Assembly (NCBI GenBank): GCA_964016885.1
Contig: OZ024741.1
Coordinates: forward strand, 388,740,001-388,804,000
Length of the DNA: 64,000 nt
From: Eledone cirrhosa
Taxonomy: Eukaryota
Reading direction: 5' to 3'
The translations under genes were made by a program, and so were the position numbers. The notes beneath the pieces were generated by a model. It ran no database searches and was not told the DNA's origin. It saw only the letters and a program-made list of their open reading frames with translations. Of the stretch, positions 1-12,839 are shown in pieces (the first letter of the stretch is position 1; each line of letters opens with the position of its first letter).

Positions 1-224
1 TACATTGCACATCCAATGGAGCATGGTTGATTCATCTCTCCCAAGTCAACACGTCCTCTACAGTCACAGCCATACTTCACTACTATGACTTTGATCTTTG
101 ATCTTGCTGCTTACAATATTGCTCATTGGAATAAAGCAAACACTATTCATTACAGTATTATAAGGTAACAGTATACATATATATACATATATGTATATAT
201 ATATATGTATATATATATATAGGA

Positions 225-528
225 GTCACGTGTAGAAGTCATGACAAAAAGCACGCAGCCCACACTATAAAGAGGTCATATAGATGTGACAAAAAAAAAA
301 ATGCACTCAGTCCACACGGTAAAGTGATCGTGTAAAAGACACGGCAAAAAGCACCCAGCAAACACTGAAAATATGGTTGGCTTTAGGAAGGGCATCCAGC
401 TGTAGAAATATAGCCAGAAACAGTTCTGTATGAGCAGGTTATGGTCACCTGACCCAACCTGCCTCAAATGGGACAACCCGTCTAACCCATGCTAGCATGG
501 AAGGTGGACGTTAAACGGCAATGATGAT
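225..528 (+). mobile_element. 3' tail of RTE-family LINE or derived non-autonomous element with ~45-bp internal tandem units
   Basis: Homologous to the 3' UTR of the RTE copies in this window (AGGAAGGGCATCCAGCTGTAGAAA ... AACCCATGCTAGCATGGAA..GGACGTTAAAC); ends in an (ATG)n tail. Confidence 0.75.
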
Positions 529-602
529 ATATATATACACTCATATAATACACACTCACATATATATATATATATATTAATCATATATATATGTGATTAA
601 TA

Positions 603-1654
603 TCATCATCGTTTAACGTCCATATTCCACGCTTGCATGGGTTTGGACGGGAGTTTTCCCCACTTGAGGCAAGAGTGGTTGTCTTGCTCGCATAGGACTG
701 TCTGGCGGCTTTTCTACAGTTGGATGCCCTTCCTAAGACCAACCACATTTACAGTGTGGACTGGGAGGTTTTTACCGTGTTACCTACACGGCCACATTAC
801 AGCGTGGACTGTGTGTTTTTTTGTCGTGACACCTACATGAGCTCATTTGTTTCAGGCTGGATGTTGTGGTACCAACATAACTTTACATTGAAAGGGGTGG
901 TGTGGATGGGGTGGGGGTAGTGGGATGGGGTGTATTTTGTTAGAGGTGCCTACTGACTGTAGTAGGTTTCACTTTGTACTTAGGTAAGGCGGGTCTTCTC
1001 TATTACTGTGTAGCGCCAAAGATCTCGGTCCAGTGACATTGTCTTGGAGAGGTGTAAGTGTGTGAGGTCGGAATTTATCAAGTCGTCCCAGGTTTTTCTG
1101 GGTCTGCCTACTCCGTGGCTACCGTCTATTTTTATTGCCCTGCACTTTTTTATACAGCTGTCGTCTTTCATGGACATCACGTGACCATACCAACGTAGTC
1201 TTCTCTCGAGTAAACAACATCTGATCCCTCTTATTTCTAATTTTTCCCTTAGTTCGTTTATGCTTTGCCGTTCACGTATATTACTATTACACATCCAGCG
1301 GAGCATGCAAGCTTCGTTCCTCTCCAGTCTGCTTATATCCTCTGCACACAATGCCCAGGTCTCACTGCCATGCAACATTGCTGTTCGTATGCAGGCATCA
1401 TACAACCTGCCTTTCATTTTTAAGGAGAACCCTTTAGCGGCTAATAGCTCTCTGAACTTTTTCCATCCAGTTCTGACTCTAGCTACTGTACTTTCAGAGC
1501 ACCCTCCCCCACTGCTGATTTTGTCACCCAGGTAACGGAAGCTGTCCACTATTTCTATAGAACCATCTGTGCAATGGAATGAGCTAGTATTCTGTGGCAC
1601 TTGCTGCTACTTATTGCACCAGAGCACCGGCCACATATAAAATCTATGTTCTTA
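603..1654 (-). mobile_element. 5'-truncated RTE-clade LINE (C-terminal ORF2 + 3' UTR)
   Basis: ORF 980-1600 has FRYLG, LHGSETW, RLRWYGHVM and GRPRKTW, typical of the RTE ORF2 C-terminus; (ATG)n tail at about 603-610; closely similar to 9963-11150. Confidence 0.9.
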
Positions 1655-1994
1655 ATATATATATATATATTAATATATAAATATTAATATATATATATAT
1701 TAATATATATATATAAATCACATATATATATATTAATAATATATATATTCATTATCATCTTTACCAGTCAACTTTAGTTTGTCTTACAATATTAACTGGA
1801 TACATGTTACTGCACCACCACCACTTGAGGGGTTGTTTGCAGTTGGACTGAAGAGTTCTTATTTAGAGTTACTGCCCTTCTAGAATGGTACACTCCTCTA
1901 CACTCTATCAGCTTTTCCTCTGAGTTCCTATGCTGCTGGAGGAATATATATCTGCATGATAAACAGACCTAGTACAAGTTGTAAAGTGATAGTG

Positions 1995-2237
1995 ATAGGA
2001 AGGGCATCCAGTCATAGAAAACTTGCCATACAAAGGGTTGGGAGAACCTTCAAGTCTGTTAAAAGCATAACAACTTTCCTAGTGCTGGTGATATGATAAA
2101 ATGTGCTCAGTAGAGCATAGGACTGGAGGTAAGGTAAGGAAGATGCAGACCACTAGCATATCTGAGAGATCAATTGTTCTGCTTGAGTACTGACTCAAGA
2201 AAAACGGATGTTAAAGGATGATGATGATGATGATGAT
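1995..2237 (+). mobile_element. Old RTE-type 3' tail
   Basis: GGAAGGGCATCCAGTCATAGAAAA ... CGGATGTTAAAGGATGATGATG matches the other RTE tails. Confidence 0.55.
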
Positions 2238-2864
2238 ACGCATACACCAAATCAAATGAAAAAATTATATATTGCAGACCCAGCTAACCAAAATCAAGAT
2301 ATTGTGTTGTCAGTACATTCACAATTTAATCAAATTTTAATTCACACACTATTTACAATGATAGTGTGATAACTTTTGTTCAATTCTAATTCAATAATAT
2401 TAAAACAGCTGGGGTTTTGGTGGGAGAGGGTTTAGATGTGCATATGTATTTGTGTACATTTGAGTAAGTGAGTATGTGTGTGTACATGTGTATGTATATA
2501 TGTGTACATTTAAGTATGTGAGTGTGTACATGTATGTGTGTGTGTATACATATGAGTATGTGTACATATTAATATGTGTGCATATGTGTACATGTAAATG
2601 TGTGTGTCTGTATGAGAGTATGTGAGTGTGCCTTTTTCTAAGATATTATTTACACTATATGACTGATTAAAGTGCATTGAGCAAGAATCAGCATGAAAGC
2701 ATATAATTATATGATTTATTAAATTTCTTAACCAAAGATTTTATTTCCACATTCCCAAATTCTATTATAGAATATTTTTACTTCTCAATTCACTGAACTG
2801 TTCTCATATTTATTTGAATTAAAATTTATATTTTTGGTGGCAGTTATGAAGACAATTAAGAGTG

Positions 2865-3175
2865 TATACATACTTGTATGCATACATATATGCATGTATA
2901 TAGATATATGTATACACATATATGCACACACATACACATACATACACACATATATATATATACATATATATATATATACATATACACACTCACATAGATA
3001 CATATATAAATACATACATACACATACATGCATACATACGTATATATATATATGTATGTACATACATGCATTCATAATACATATACACATACATATATGT
3101 TTATGAATATACATACATTCATACACACACATACATATATGTACATACATACATACATTTATACATACACATATG
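2865..3175. repeat. (TA)/(CA)/(TACA)n compound microsatellite
   Basis: Seen directly; a similar tract lies at 2436-2630. Confidence 0.95.
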
Positions 3176-3400
3176 CTTCTTCTTCTTTGCCCACTTATTC
3201 CTAAGAGGGTCTTGAGAGGAAGAGTCCTCAAACACTCCTTCCAGTGGGTCCTCTCAGAAGCAACCATTCCCAACTGATCTGGCTGGATCCCCAAGTGAGA
3301 CCAACCAAGCTCATAGATGTTATCCAACCATCTTACTCGGGGTCAATCCCTGGGTCTCCTGCCGGCTGGTTTTTACCCGTAAAATCTATTCAGTGATTCT
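3176..3400 (-). mobile_element. RTE (Expander-like) LINE 3' end fragment
   Basis: Minus strand encodes RPRD*PRVRWLDNIYELGWSHLGI; (GAA)n tail; a second copy lies at about 30235-30410. Confidence 0.7.
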
Positions 3401-3507
3401 TTATACATACAGAATAGTTTGGAGTATTGAGGAAGACATTGCAAATCAAGTACTGAAAATACACTTCCAGTGCTACATACCAATTAATACTGGAGCAACA
3501 GGATATG

Positions 3508-3800
3508 TGGAGACATGTGGCCAAGTGGTAAGTGTGTTAGACTTATGATCATAACGTCAATGGCTTGATTTCTGGACTGTGTTGTGTGTTGTGTTCTTGA
3601 ATAAAACATTTCATTTCACGTTGCTCCAGTATACCCAGCTAAAAATGAATATCAGTAGCAATAGCTGGTGGTCTAACACTGCAATGGACTGGCATCCTGT
3701 CCAAGAGGAAGTCTTGTACTCTCAATCGCTTCATGCCATGAAAACTGGGATACGCACTGGCCTGATGAACCTCCAGACTTGAGACAGACTTTAAACTTTA
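3508..3800 (+). mobile_element. tRNA-derived SINE with CORE-like central domain (degenerate)
   Basis: A-box-like TGGCCAAGTGG, then TGTGTTCTTGAATAAAACATTTCATTTCACGTTGCTCCAG. Relatives on the minus strand at 25170-25335 and 58530-58805. Confidence 0.6.
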
Positions 3801-4282
3801 TTTTTTTAACAGGATATGTACTGATGTATCTGGACTTAGGCATGACTGTGAGGTTAGCAAGTTTGCTTCATAATCATGAAGTCCTGGTTTCAAACCCACT
3901 GTGTAGAATCTAGGGCAAATGTCTTTACCATAGCTTTCATGTCAACCCCACCACCATCAACCCACCTTGATCAAAGGATGCCCGAACTTGAGTTCTTCGG
4001 AATAGAACATAGCCCCTTAATTCATACACTACAGGTGGTCATGATATCTAGGAACATAAAAAATTATAAGACCATGTCAAATTTTAAAGGATGATTGATT
4101 TCACAAAGATGTCAGAAAGAGCAACCTTCCAACCAAGCAGATGGCTAGTCAATATAAACTCTAAATTTAGAACTCACACACACATTCATATAGTCATACA
4201 TACTCACACAGACATACATACATATATACGTGTGTACATACATAAATTCATACATACATACAAACATACATACAGACACATA

Positions 4283-7200
4283 CAGTCAACGGGATCAGTC
4301 GCATATTTTGGCGTGGGAGACTATTTATTAAATTTAAGATGAATACTATCTCCGACAGTAATGCCACAACTACAGTCATGTTGAATAACTGGTTATTCTT
4401 CTAACTATATCCTCTGAAGACACCTTTTATTCGAATTCGTAGAGATATCCGACTAAATACATAATTTATTTTACAAGGATTTGCTACAAACAGCATGGCT
4501 GAACACAACATCAACAACAAAATCAAAGAAGTACCGAAGACAAATAACAAGGAAAGTAAACAAACTTTATTCAGTTGTAGCTACAGAAGAAACCGAAATT
4601 ATAAATCGCATTTCTCTTGGAGTTGCGAACTTAATAATGATTTATTTAATTGTTATAAAATGGTAAAAAACAATCCCTCCATTGGCTATATGAACAGAAT
4701 GAAGCTACACTGGGACGAAATACACCTAGAGTTAAATTATTTCACAGCGAGACAATTACGCCAACAAGCGACGTTTGTTGAACGTAAAAATAAGATAAAT
4801 ATTATTAATTGTAAGTCCCTCACAACAAACATGGAATCAACAACACGTGCTACAGGTCGCCATGCTACTAGACTTCCTAGCAGCCTGGTTGAACAGTGCC
4901 TTGAAATAACTATGCCTGTAAGAAACTTGACACCACCTGTACCATCTAAGTCTACCTCGAATGCTGGGGAAAACACTATCGATAATAATAATAATCGAAG
5001 AAATAATAATAATAATAATCGAAGAAATTTGACACCACGTGTACCATCCGAGTCTACCTCGACTGTTGTGGAAAATACTATCGATAATGATAATAATCAA
5101 AAGTATAAACAATTGAAATTTTCCCTCAACGAAATCTTCCAGAGAGAAATTAATTCATGTATAAATATCTCTCTTGCTGAACGTATTAAAACGACAATGT
5201 TTAATAGAAAACCAAATAATTGTTTCTACTTTAGGCACAAGGCCAGCAATTACTCAGTACATTACTGGTACTTTATTTTATCGACCCCGTAAGGATGAAA
5301 GGCAAAGTTAACCTCGGCGGGATTTGAACTCAGACTGTAAAGGGACGTAACTATGCTAGAAAGCATGGCGTCCAACCCTCTACCGATACTGCCAATTCAC
5401 ATAGGGGATGAATATATACGATGGATAAAAACCCCAACATTTTGGCAAATCAACGCCTGTTTATATGCCTTAGCAACGACAGTGAAGCATTATCTTGGTG
5501 ATAGCAGAGATATTAACAAGAACAAAACACCACCAAAAATACCATCATATATAACTAAAATAGAAAAAAAGATTGCTGACCTACGAAAAAACATAGGATA
5601 TGTGACAATGCTCCTTACATGCAAACAAACACATAAAAACCTCACTCCTCACCAACAAAGAGTGAAAAATAAAATAGAGACGATGTTTGGTAACAGTAGA
5701 ACCAGAACTCTCCAATATAAGCTGATCACTCTCAAACAAGAACCGAGAGCTGTTAACGAAAAACGCCGACACCTGAAGAAGGTAGATGAGAGAAAAGTGC
5801 TTAATAAAAGATTCAAACGAAACCAAACATCAGTCTATAGAGATATGAAGGGCAAAATAAGTGTCACTGAGGCCCCATCCCAGAAAAACATAGATTCCTT
5901 CATGAGCAAAATATGGGGTGAAAAGAAGAATTTCGACCAAGATGCAGTGTGGCTAAGAGAAATCGGAAAGAACTATTGCTCCTACACTACAACAAAAACA
6001 TACGAAATAAGTGAGGGTACCCTTGACACTGTGATAGGAAAACTCCAAGATAAGGAAACACCAGGAAGAGACATGATTATCGGCTACTGGTACAAAAAAC
6101 TGATATTCTATCGGAGGTATCTTACTGACCTCTACCAACAAGTTCTTAAGGAAGATACACTTATACCAGAATGGTTGACATTAGCACAAACATTACTGGT
6201 CTCCAAGAACAAAGACACCCACTTGGCAAAAAACTACCGACCCATTGCATGCCAGAACCTGATGTATAAGATGTATACAGCCTGCCTGAACCTATTCCTC
6301 CAAGATCACTGTGAAAATAATAACATCATCACAGATGAACAAGCAGCTGGAAAGGAAGGGGTTTGGGGATGTGCTGAACAACTCCTAATCAACAAAACTA
6401 CGATGTCGGAGGTGCGATAACTTAGGAGGAATATGGCTAGTCTGGCTGGACTACAGGAAAGCTTTCGATTCTGTTCCCCACTCTTGGATGATAGAGGCCC
6501 TCCAACTTGCTAAAGTCCCAGACATTATTGTCAGAGCCATAGAGAGGCTGTCTTCTTCTTGGGCTACTATCCTAAGGTTAAAGACAGAGAGGGAGGATTC
6601 TATTTTCACTGATAAAATATTTCAGGAGTATATTTCAGGGGGGACAGTCTCTCTATGATATTATTCATCTTGTCATTAAACCCCTTGTCCTTTCTGCTCA
6701 AGAAATGTGAGGGATGCATCATTGGCTCACAGGAGGACAGAAATACGAACCTAACCCATAATTTCTTTGTGGACGATCTGAAACTCTATGCCAAGAACAT
6801 GGATGGGATGAAGAAAAATCTTGACCTGGTTACAATGTTCTCAAAGGATATAGGAATGGAGTTTGGCCAAAATAAATGCTCATACATGACTGTAAAGCGG
6901 GAAAATACAACAACCCAATCTAGCAACATTGTCATCAATGGCCTAACTGTTTCATCGATATCTGATGAGGACTGCTACAGATACCTGGGATAGATGAGAA
7001 CATATCCTATAATGGTATCTGTAATAAAGAACGCGTAACCAAGGAGTACTACACCCGATTAAGAAAGATCTGGTCATCGGAACTCTCTGCGCAAAACAAA
7101 ACAGTGGTTCACAATGTGTTTGCTGTGCCTGTCCTAACACCAACGTTTGGAATACTCAATTGGACGATAGGCGAAATCCGAGCAGTTGATGTTGGAACTC

Positions 7201-8567
7201 GAAAAATACTAAACAACACCGGAAACTTCCACATCAACAGTAACATAGACCGTGTTTACTTGAAACGTAAGCAGGGAAGCAGAGGCCTAACATCAGTCCA
7301 GACAACATTTGAATGTCGCATCATATCTCTCCAACAACATCTACGAACCTCGAAGCGCAGGAGCCCGTTTCTCGAGCAAGTCTATCTGCATGAAACAGAT
7401 AAGATCATGAGAGTTGGGAAGGAACTCCTTGAGAGATATTCTCTGTGTGATAATCAAAAACTCACACCCAGGGATGTCGCTCAGCAGTATCGCAGTGAAT
7501 CCATGGATGAAAAACTGCATGCTTATCAGCAAAAAATCATGCTTGGATATGTTGCCAGGAAGTTCCAGAGTGAGAGTAATATAGATAAGGAAAGTAGTCT
7601 ATCTTGGACCAACAACCGCTATATTGGCTCCCACTTTGAAGGATACGCTTTTGCAATCCAGGAACAGGAGATTAGCACGAAATACCTGATTCACAAAAGA
7701 GATAGGGATGCAGGCAAAACACCTAGATGTGATAACAAGTGCAGACTCTGCAGAACTAACATCGAGGATATCACCCATGTCATCAGCAGCTGTCCAAAGA
7801 TGTCATCGCGGTACTATCTACCTATGAGGCATGATGTAGTGGCCAAAACACTGTACAATGCAGTTCATAAAAAAGATAGCCTCGATAATAAACACAGTAA
7901 AATCTTCAGCAATGTGGAAGACATCCATGTACATAATATGAAAGAGTACTGGTGATATGTTCCAGTAAAAACCCCAATAAAATGCAGGCATAACAGACCA
8001 GATATTATGATATGGGACAGAGAGAAGAAAGCATGCACAGTAGTGGAAATTAGCTGCCCAGCAGATGCCAATATAATATCAAAGATTAGTGAAAAGGAGA
8101 ATATTTATGCAGAACTGATGAGAAATCTGCAGATACTCCACCCTGATTACACCTTCAGATTTATGCCTGTGGTTATTGGGGCACTGGGGTATGTTAGTAA
8201 CTGCCTCAATACAAATCTTGAGAAGCTAGGCTTCACAGGAACAGAAAGAACACAACAAGTTAGGGAGTTACAAGTACAATCCATTAATGGAACAGTAAAA
8301 ATATGTAAAACATTCCAAAAATGTTGCATCTAATAACTGCATATACACATGTACAGATACAAAGCATATACACATGCACACATACAACTAAAAACATACA
8401 CATCCACACATACAGTAACATCCATATCTACACATACATGCATACAGACATACATATCTACCTAGTTGATGTTGTGTAAATTCCAATGAGAGAGTCTTGT
8501 GTCTATGTTAGAAACCGACTCTCTCTCTATTGGTAAAACTTTGTGAAAATATAAAACCAGAAGAACA
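4283..8567 (+). mobile_element. Near full-length R4/Dong-clade non-LTR retrotransposon (RT + restriction-like endonuclease), pseudogenised
   Basis: ORF pieces 4495-5292, 5353-6420, 6655-6993, 7104-7955 and 8007-8333 give the N-terminal W..E.N..L..CY..GYM.RM..W motif, NYRPIAC, FVDDLKLY, the CRLC..E.ITHVISSC knuckle, RHD, and RPDI..D..E..CP.D / PVVIGALG (RLE). It has in-frame stops and frameshifts and is flanked by (TACA)n. Confidence 0.92.
5217..5400 (-). mobile_element. tRNA-derived SINE (family A) inserted into the R4 ORF
   Basis: Reverse complement has A-box TGGCAGTATCGG, B-box GAGTTCAAATCC and central GCCTTTCATCCTTACGGGGTCGATAAAATAAAGTACCAG; highly similar to 23368-23553. Confidence 0.88.
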
Positions 8568-8606
8568 CATACGTACGTACATACATACATACACACATAC
8601 ATACAT

Positions 8607-9176
8607 GGTGGCTGCCAACTCGTTTTCGAGTACGGCCACGACTTTATATCCATGTAGGAGAACCCCTACCGATGCGCTGAACGAGTGTGACTTTTTAGTC
8701 CAGCCAGCGACTTGAAAACTCTGGTACAAACACTACACTTGTGACAATTATTGACACATAGTGTTGGGCCCATCGTACCATGTGATGACAAGTGGAGAGA
8801 GATCTCCAGATATAAAGCAATGCCTGTGCCGTGAAGCTTTTATAGTGAGCAAAGGCACTGCACAAAGCCAGTCCCACTCTCTTAACCAAGATGATATTTA
8901 CCAAAAAGAAGAACAAGTCAACATCATTGGATACCATCAGGGTTGCAGGTGTTACATCAGAGTTTTCCTTCTCCTAGAATTCTACCTTGACAAAGGCTAA
9001 GGGGTCATCTCTCCCCATGATTTTGGATGGCCATGGACTCTTAAGAGGTCCTTTGCCCTTTGACAGATTTTGTTTTTAGTCCTGCAGGATGTCCAAAGTC
9101 ACCCTCCTCACCAAGAAACCTTGGTGGGGCTACCAGATTAGTCGCCAACGACCCAACCATGAGACAACAGGTTGAC
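8607..9176 (-). mobile_element. Probable non-autonomous element or RTE-type 5' UTR fragment within (CATA)n
   Basis: GC-richer island bounded by (CATA)n; minus strand has CTAGGAGAAGGAAAACTCTG, reminiscent of RTE 5' UTRs; no coding evidence. Confidence 0.35.
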
Positions 9177-9962
9177 ATACATACATACATACATGCATGC
9201 ATTCTCCTGGTAACTGTTCCCTACTGAGGTTTGTATTGTCTGACAGTTGATCGATGAATGTTCAAGCAGGTCTTCCTCTACTACATCTCCCGTGAGTTAG
9301 TTCCCACAATAGTAACTTGTGTATAGCTTCTTGCTTACTTCTCCAGCAATGTCTTGCAAATCGTAACCAGCTTTCAGCAATTGCAGTTGTTATCTTGGGC
9401 AAGTTTCCATATTACCTTTCATTTGTAATATGTTGATGCCAGTTTATGTTTTGTACAACCCTAAGTATTTTAGTGTATACATCTTCTAGTTTCATCTCAA
9501 GTGTTTGTGTCAGGGTCCATGTAGCTGATACAACAACACTAACTCAACAGATGTTCTGAAGAATGATATTTATAAATAATTTATATGAAAGTTTTGCAGG
9601 TGGGATACAGGTAAAAGAGGAGTTGGCAATGATAGAACAGCTGACAAGTTCATAAAAGAAAGCAAGTAGGATAGAAGAAGAGAGACCACAATTCTTCAGT
9701 GAGTTAGTGTCTGTTACCTGTTGGTGAGTGAAGGTTTGCTAATTAATCTGTTATCAAAGTTTTGTAGAACTTTAGTCTGATAAACTAATGCAGAAAACAT
9801 TTTAAAAAATGATGGCAGACAATTTCCTATATCTCAATAAAAGCAGTGTATATAGTTGTATATAAATCACAGTACAGTGGTAGGTATGATGCAACCTCTT
9901 CTGTGTTTATAACATCTTGCAGCCTTTGACGCATAAATAAATCACATGTTTCTTTTCATATG

Positions 9963-11150
9963 TCATCATCATCATCATCATCAACGTTTAACGTCCGTGT
10001 TCCACGCTTGCATGGGTTTGGATGGGGGTTTTCCCACTTGAGGCAAGAGTGATTGTCTTGCTCGCATAGGACTGTCTGGCAGGTTTTCTACAGTTGGATG
10101 CCCTTCCTAACACCAACCACATTTACAGTGTGGGTCTGGGAAGTTTTTACCGTGTTGCCTACACGGCCACATTACAGCGTGGACTGTGTGTTTTTTTGTC
10201 GTGACACCTACACGATCTCATTTGTTTCGGCCTGGATGGTGTGGCACCAACATAACTTTACATAGAAGGGGGCGGTGTGGATGGGGTGGGGTGGTGGGAC
10301 GGGGGTGTATTTTGTTAGAGATGCCTACTGACTGTAGTAGGTTTTACTATGTATTTAGGTAAGGCGGGTCTTCTCTATTACTGAGTACCGCCAAAGGTCT
10401 CGGTCCAGTGACATTGTCTTGGAGAGGTGTAAGTGTGTGAGGTCAGAGTTTATCAGCTCGTCCCAGGTTTTTCTAGGTCTGCCTATTCCGTGGCTACCGT
10501 CTATCTTTATTGCCCTGCACTTTGTTATACAGCTATCGACTTTCATGCGCATCACGTGTCCATACCAACGTAGCCTTCTCTCGAGTAAACAACATCTGAT
10601 CCCTCTTATTTCTAATTTTTTCCTTAGTTCATTTATGCTTTGCCGTTCACGTATATTACTATTACACATCCAGCGGAGCATGCAAGCTTCGTTCCTCTCT
10701 AGTCTGCGTATATCCTCTGCACACAATGCCCAGGTCTCACTGCCATGCAACATTGCTGTTCGTATGCAGGCATCATACAACCTGCCTTTCATTTTTAGGG
10801 AGAACCCTTTAGCGGCTAATAGTGGTATAAGCTCTCTGAGCTTTTTCCATCCAGTTCTGACTCTAGCTACTGTACTTTCAGAGCACCCTCCCCCACTGCT
10901 GATTTTGTCACCCAGGTAACGGAAGCTGTCCACTATTTCTATAGAACCCTCTGCGCAGTTGAAAGAGCTAGTATTTTGTGGGCACTTGCTGCTACTTATT
11001 GCACCAGAGCACCGGCCACATGTGAAATCTATGTTCTTAGTTAGCTTACCTGTGATCCCACTACATCTTTTATGCACCCATACTTTGCATTTCTGACACA
11101 AAATGGAGTTTCTACCTATGCCTTTCCTACACACTGAGCATGGCCACTGT
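9963..11150 (-). mobile_element. 5'-truncated RTE-clade LINE with intact C-terminal ORF (PHD-like finger + RT C-terminus)
   Basis: ORF 10355-11134 carries RTE motifs; the 3' UTR and (ATG)n tail follow; same family as 603-1654 and 44083-45080. Confidence 0.92.
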
Positions 11151-12136
11151 TTGCAATTGTGTTTGAAAAGAAAAAAATAATTTTAAAAAAGCAACAACAT
11201 TTAATTGGTACTCCAGCATGGCCACAGTCTAATGACTGAAACAAATAAAAAAAGTACCACATTGAACCAAATTATTCTCCTATCTATTCAAAAATTAAAT
11301 GTTGAGCCAAAGAAAGAAAGCATTGATTAAATATTGGGGATTAATATTTTATGGAAAAACCAGTAGAACATTTTTGAGAAACATACAGAGTTTGTACATA
11401 GAATGGTATGTAAATAAAGATAGTTTGTTGACAGATGCCATTGATATTCAGAGAGACAAAAGAAAATAAAAACAGTAAAATCATTATCAGCAATCAGTAG
11501 TATACAATAAAACAAAGTTGAATTTGTACAAACCCAAACTATCTTGGATTTAAATGCTCTTACTATTCTTGTGAGAATACTTTCCAATACATCAGTATCT
11601 CTCATTATGGCTAAATGAAGCATCAGATTTTAATATTTATAAATTCTACAAACATCAGTGCTTAACAGATCAATAAAATTAAAGTAGGCTCTAGGTAGGT
11701 TGTACTAGATAACTAATAGCTTACGAAACCCATTGGAGTATCACTTGAATGCAGTAATGACTTATTTATTCTAGATTGGCTGGCTGGGACAATATCATAG
11801 TCATGTTATTGTAATATAATTTGTATCTATATAATGCCCCAGAAACTTCATCATGTGCTGTATATTTTGGCTATGTATCAACTTTATAAATAAATGTTAT
11901 CCATATTTTAGAGATTAACTTTTAGTCTTCTATTTACCAGAAAGTTAAAGGAGATTGATTTATAATATATCAATCAACACCAAAACTAAATGTCAGTTAG
12001 TTTATATCTAGCAAGAGCTTTAATCTTACATGTTTACAACTGTTATCTAAGCTTTAATGATAAATCATTTATCTTCACAATATGTTCAGCCAATAAGGTA
12101 TTAATTTATGGTATAAAAAATCTAAAGAAACAAATA

Positions 12137-12668
12137 CCATATTTTCCCCGGCATAAAAGACACTATTTTTTTCTTAAAATAAGTCTCGAAAATCTACCAT
12201 GTATCTTGGAGGTCAAATGTTGCATTTCTCATAGGCATATCTTAACCCCAGAGGAAAATTATCTATGCTAAACAGTAATCTGAACTCCTGTATATGAAGT
12301 GTATAAAGTGTACTTAGTTACAGTAGTAAATAAACAAAAGTATCGTAAAAAATTTTTAAATATGTATGTGCAATCATAAAAATTCATTCCCATATCAGCA
12401 GAGCATGGTAGATGAGGCAACTGACTAGTGATATTTTTATAAGTTGTGTATCAATATTCCCTGTGTTTTCACTCTCTTGAAACAACCTGATTTTAAGGGA
12501 ACATTATTAAATGACAAAAGCAGTAAAACTGTGATATGTTAAAAGGTTTTACCAGCAAATATTAATAACAAGACTTATTTTTATGTTTATCTTTTTTTTA
12601 TCATTTTCGGTTGTCGTAACTGGGGTGTGTTCTCGAGGGCAAAGCATCTTAGATCACGAGAAATACAG
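12137..12668. mobile_element. Tc2/pogo-like MITE
   Basis: Ends TA|CCATATTTTCCCCGGCATAAAAGACAC ... GCATCTTAGATCACGAGAAATACAG|TA are imperfect TIRs of the CCGTATTT type with TA flanks. Confidence 0.65.
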
Positions 12669-12839
12669 TAATATATTCACATGGCAGATTTTCAAATGTC
12701 AGTTTTAATTTAAGAAAAAACAAAAATTTAATAAAATTTGATAGATGAGACATGCCTCTAATTTGATGAAATATTAATCAATACACACAAACACACTCAC
12801 ACACACTTACACACACATCCACACACACATATATATATA

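Noticed and set aside
2785-3327. ORFs rich in YI/CV/HT/RE/poly-I/N (here and at 15383, 25258, 26226, 38069, 53326, etc.)
   Set aside because: They are translations of microsatellites.
4405-4448. Hammerhead-like CTGAAGA...GAATTCGTA in the R4 5' UTR
   Set aside because: No stem II, no GAAA and poor stem I pairing.
11327-11623. 98-aa hydrophobic ORF as a membrane protein exon
   Set aside because: No recognisable motif or splice support; the composition is explained by AT-richness.
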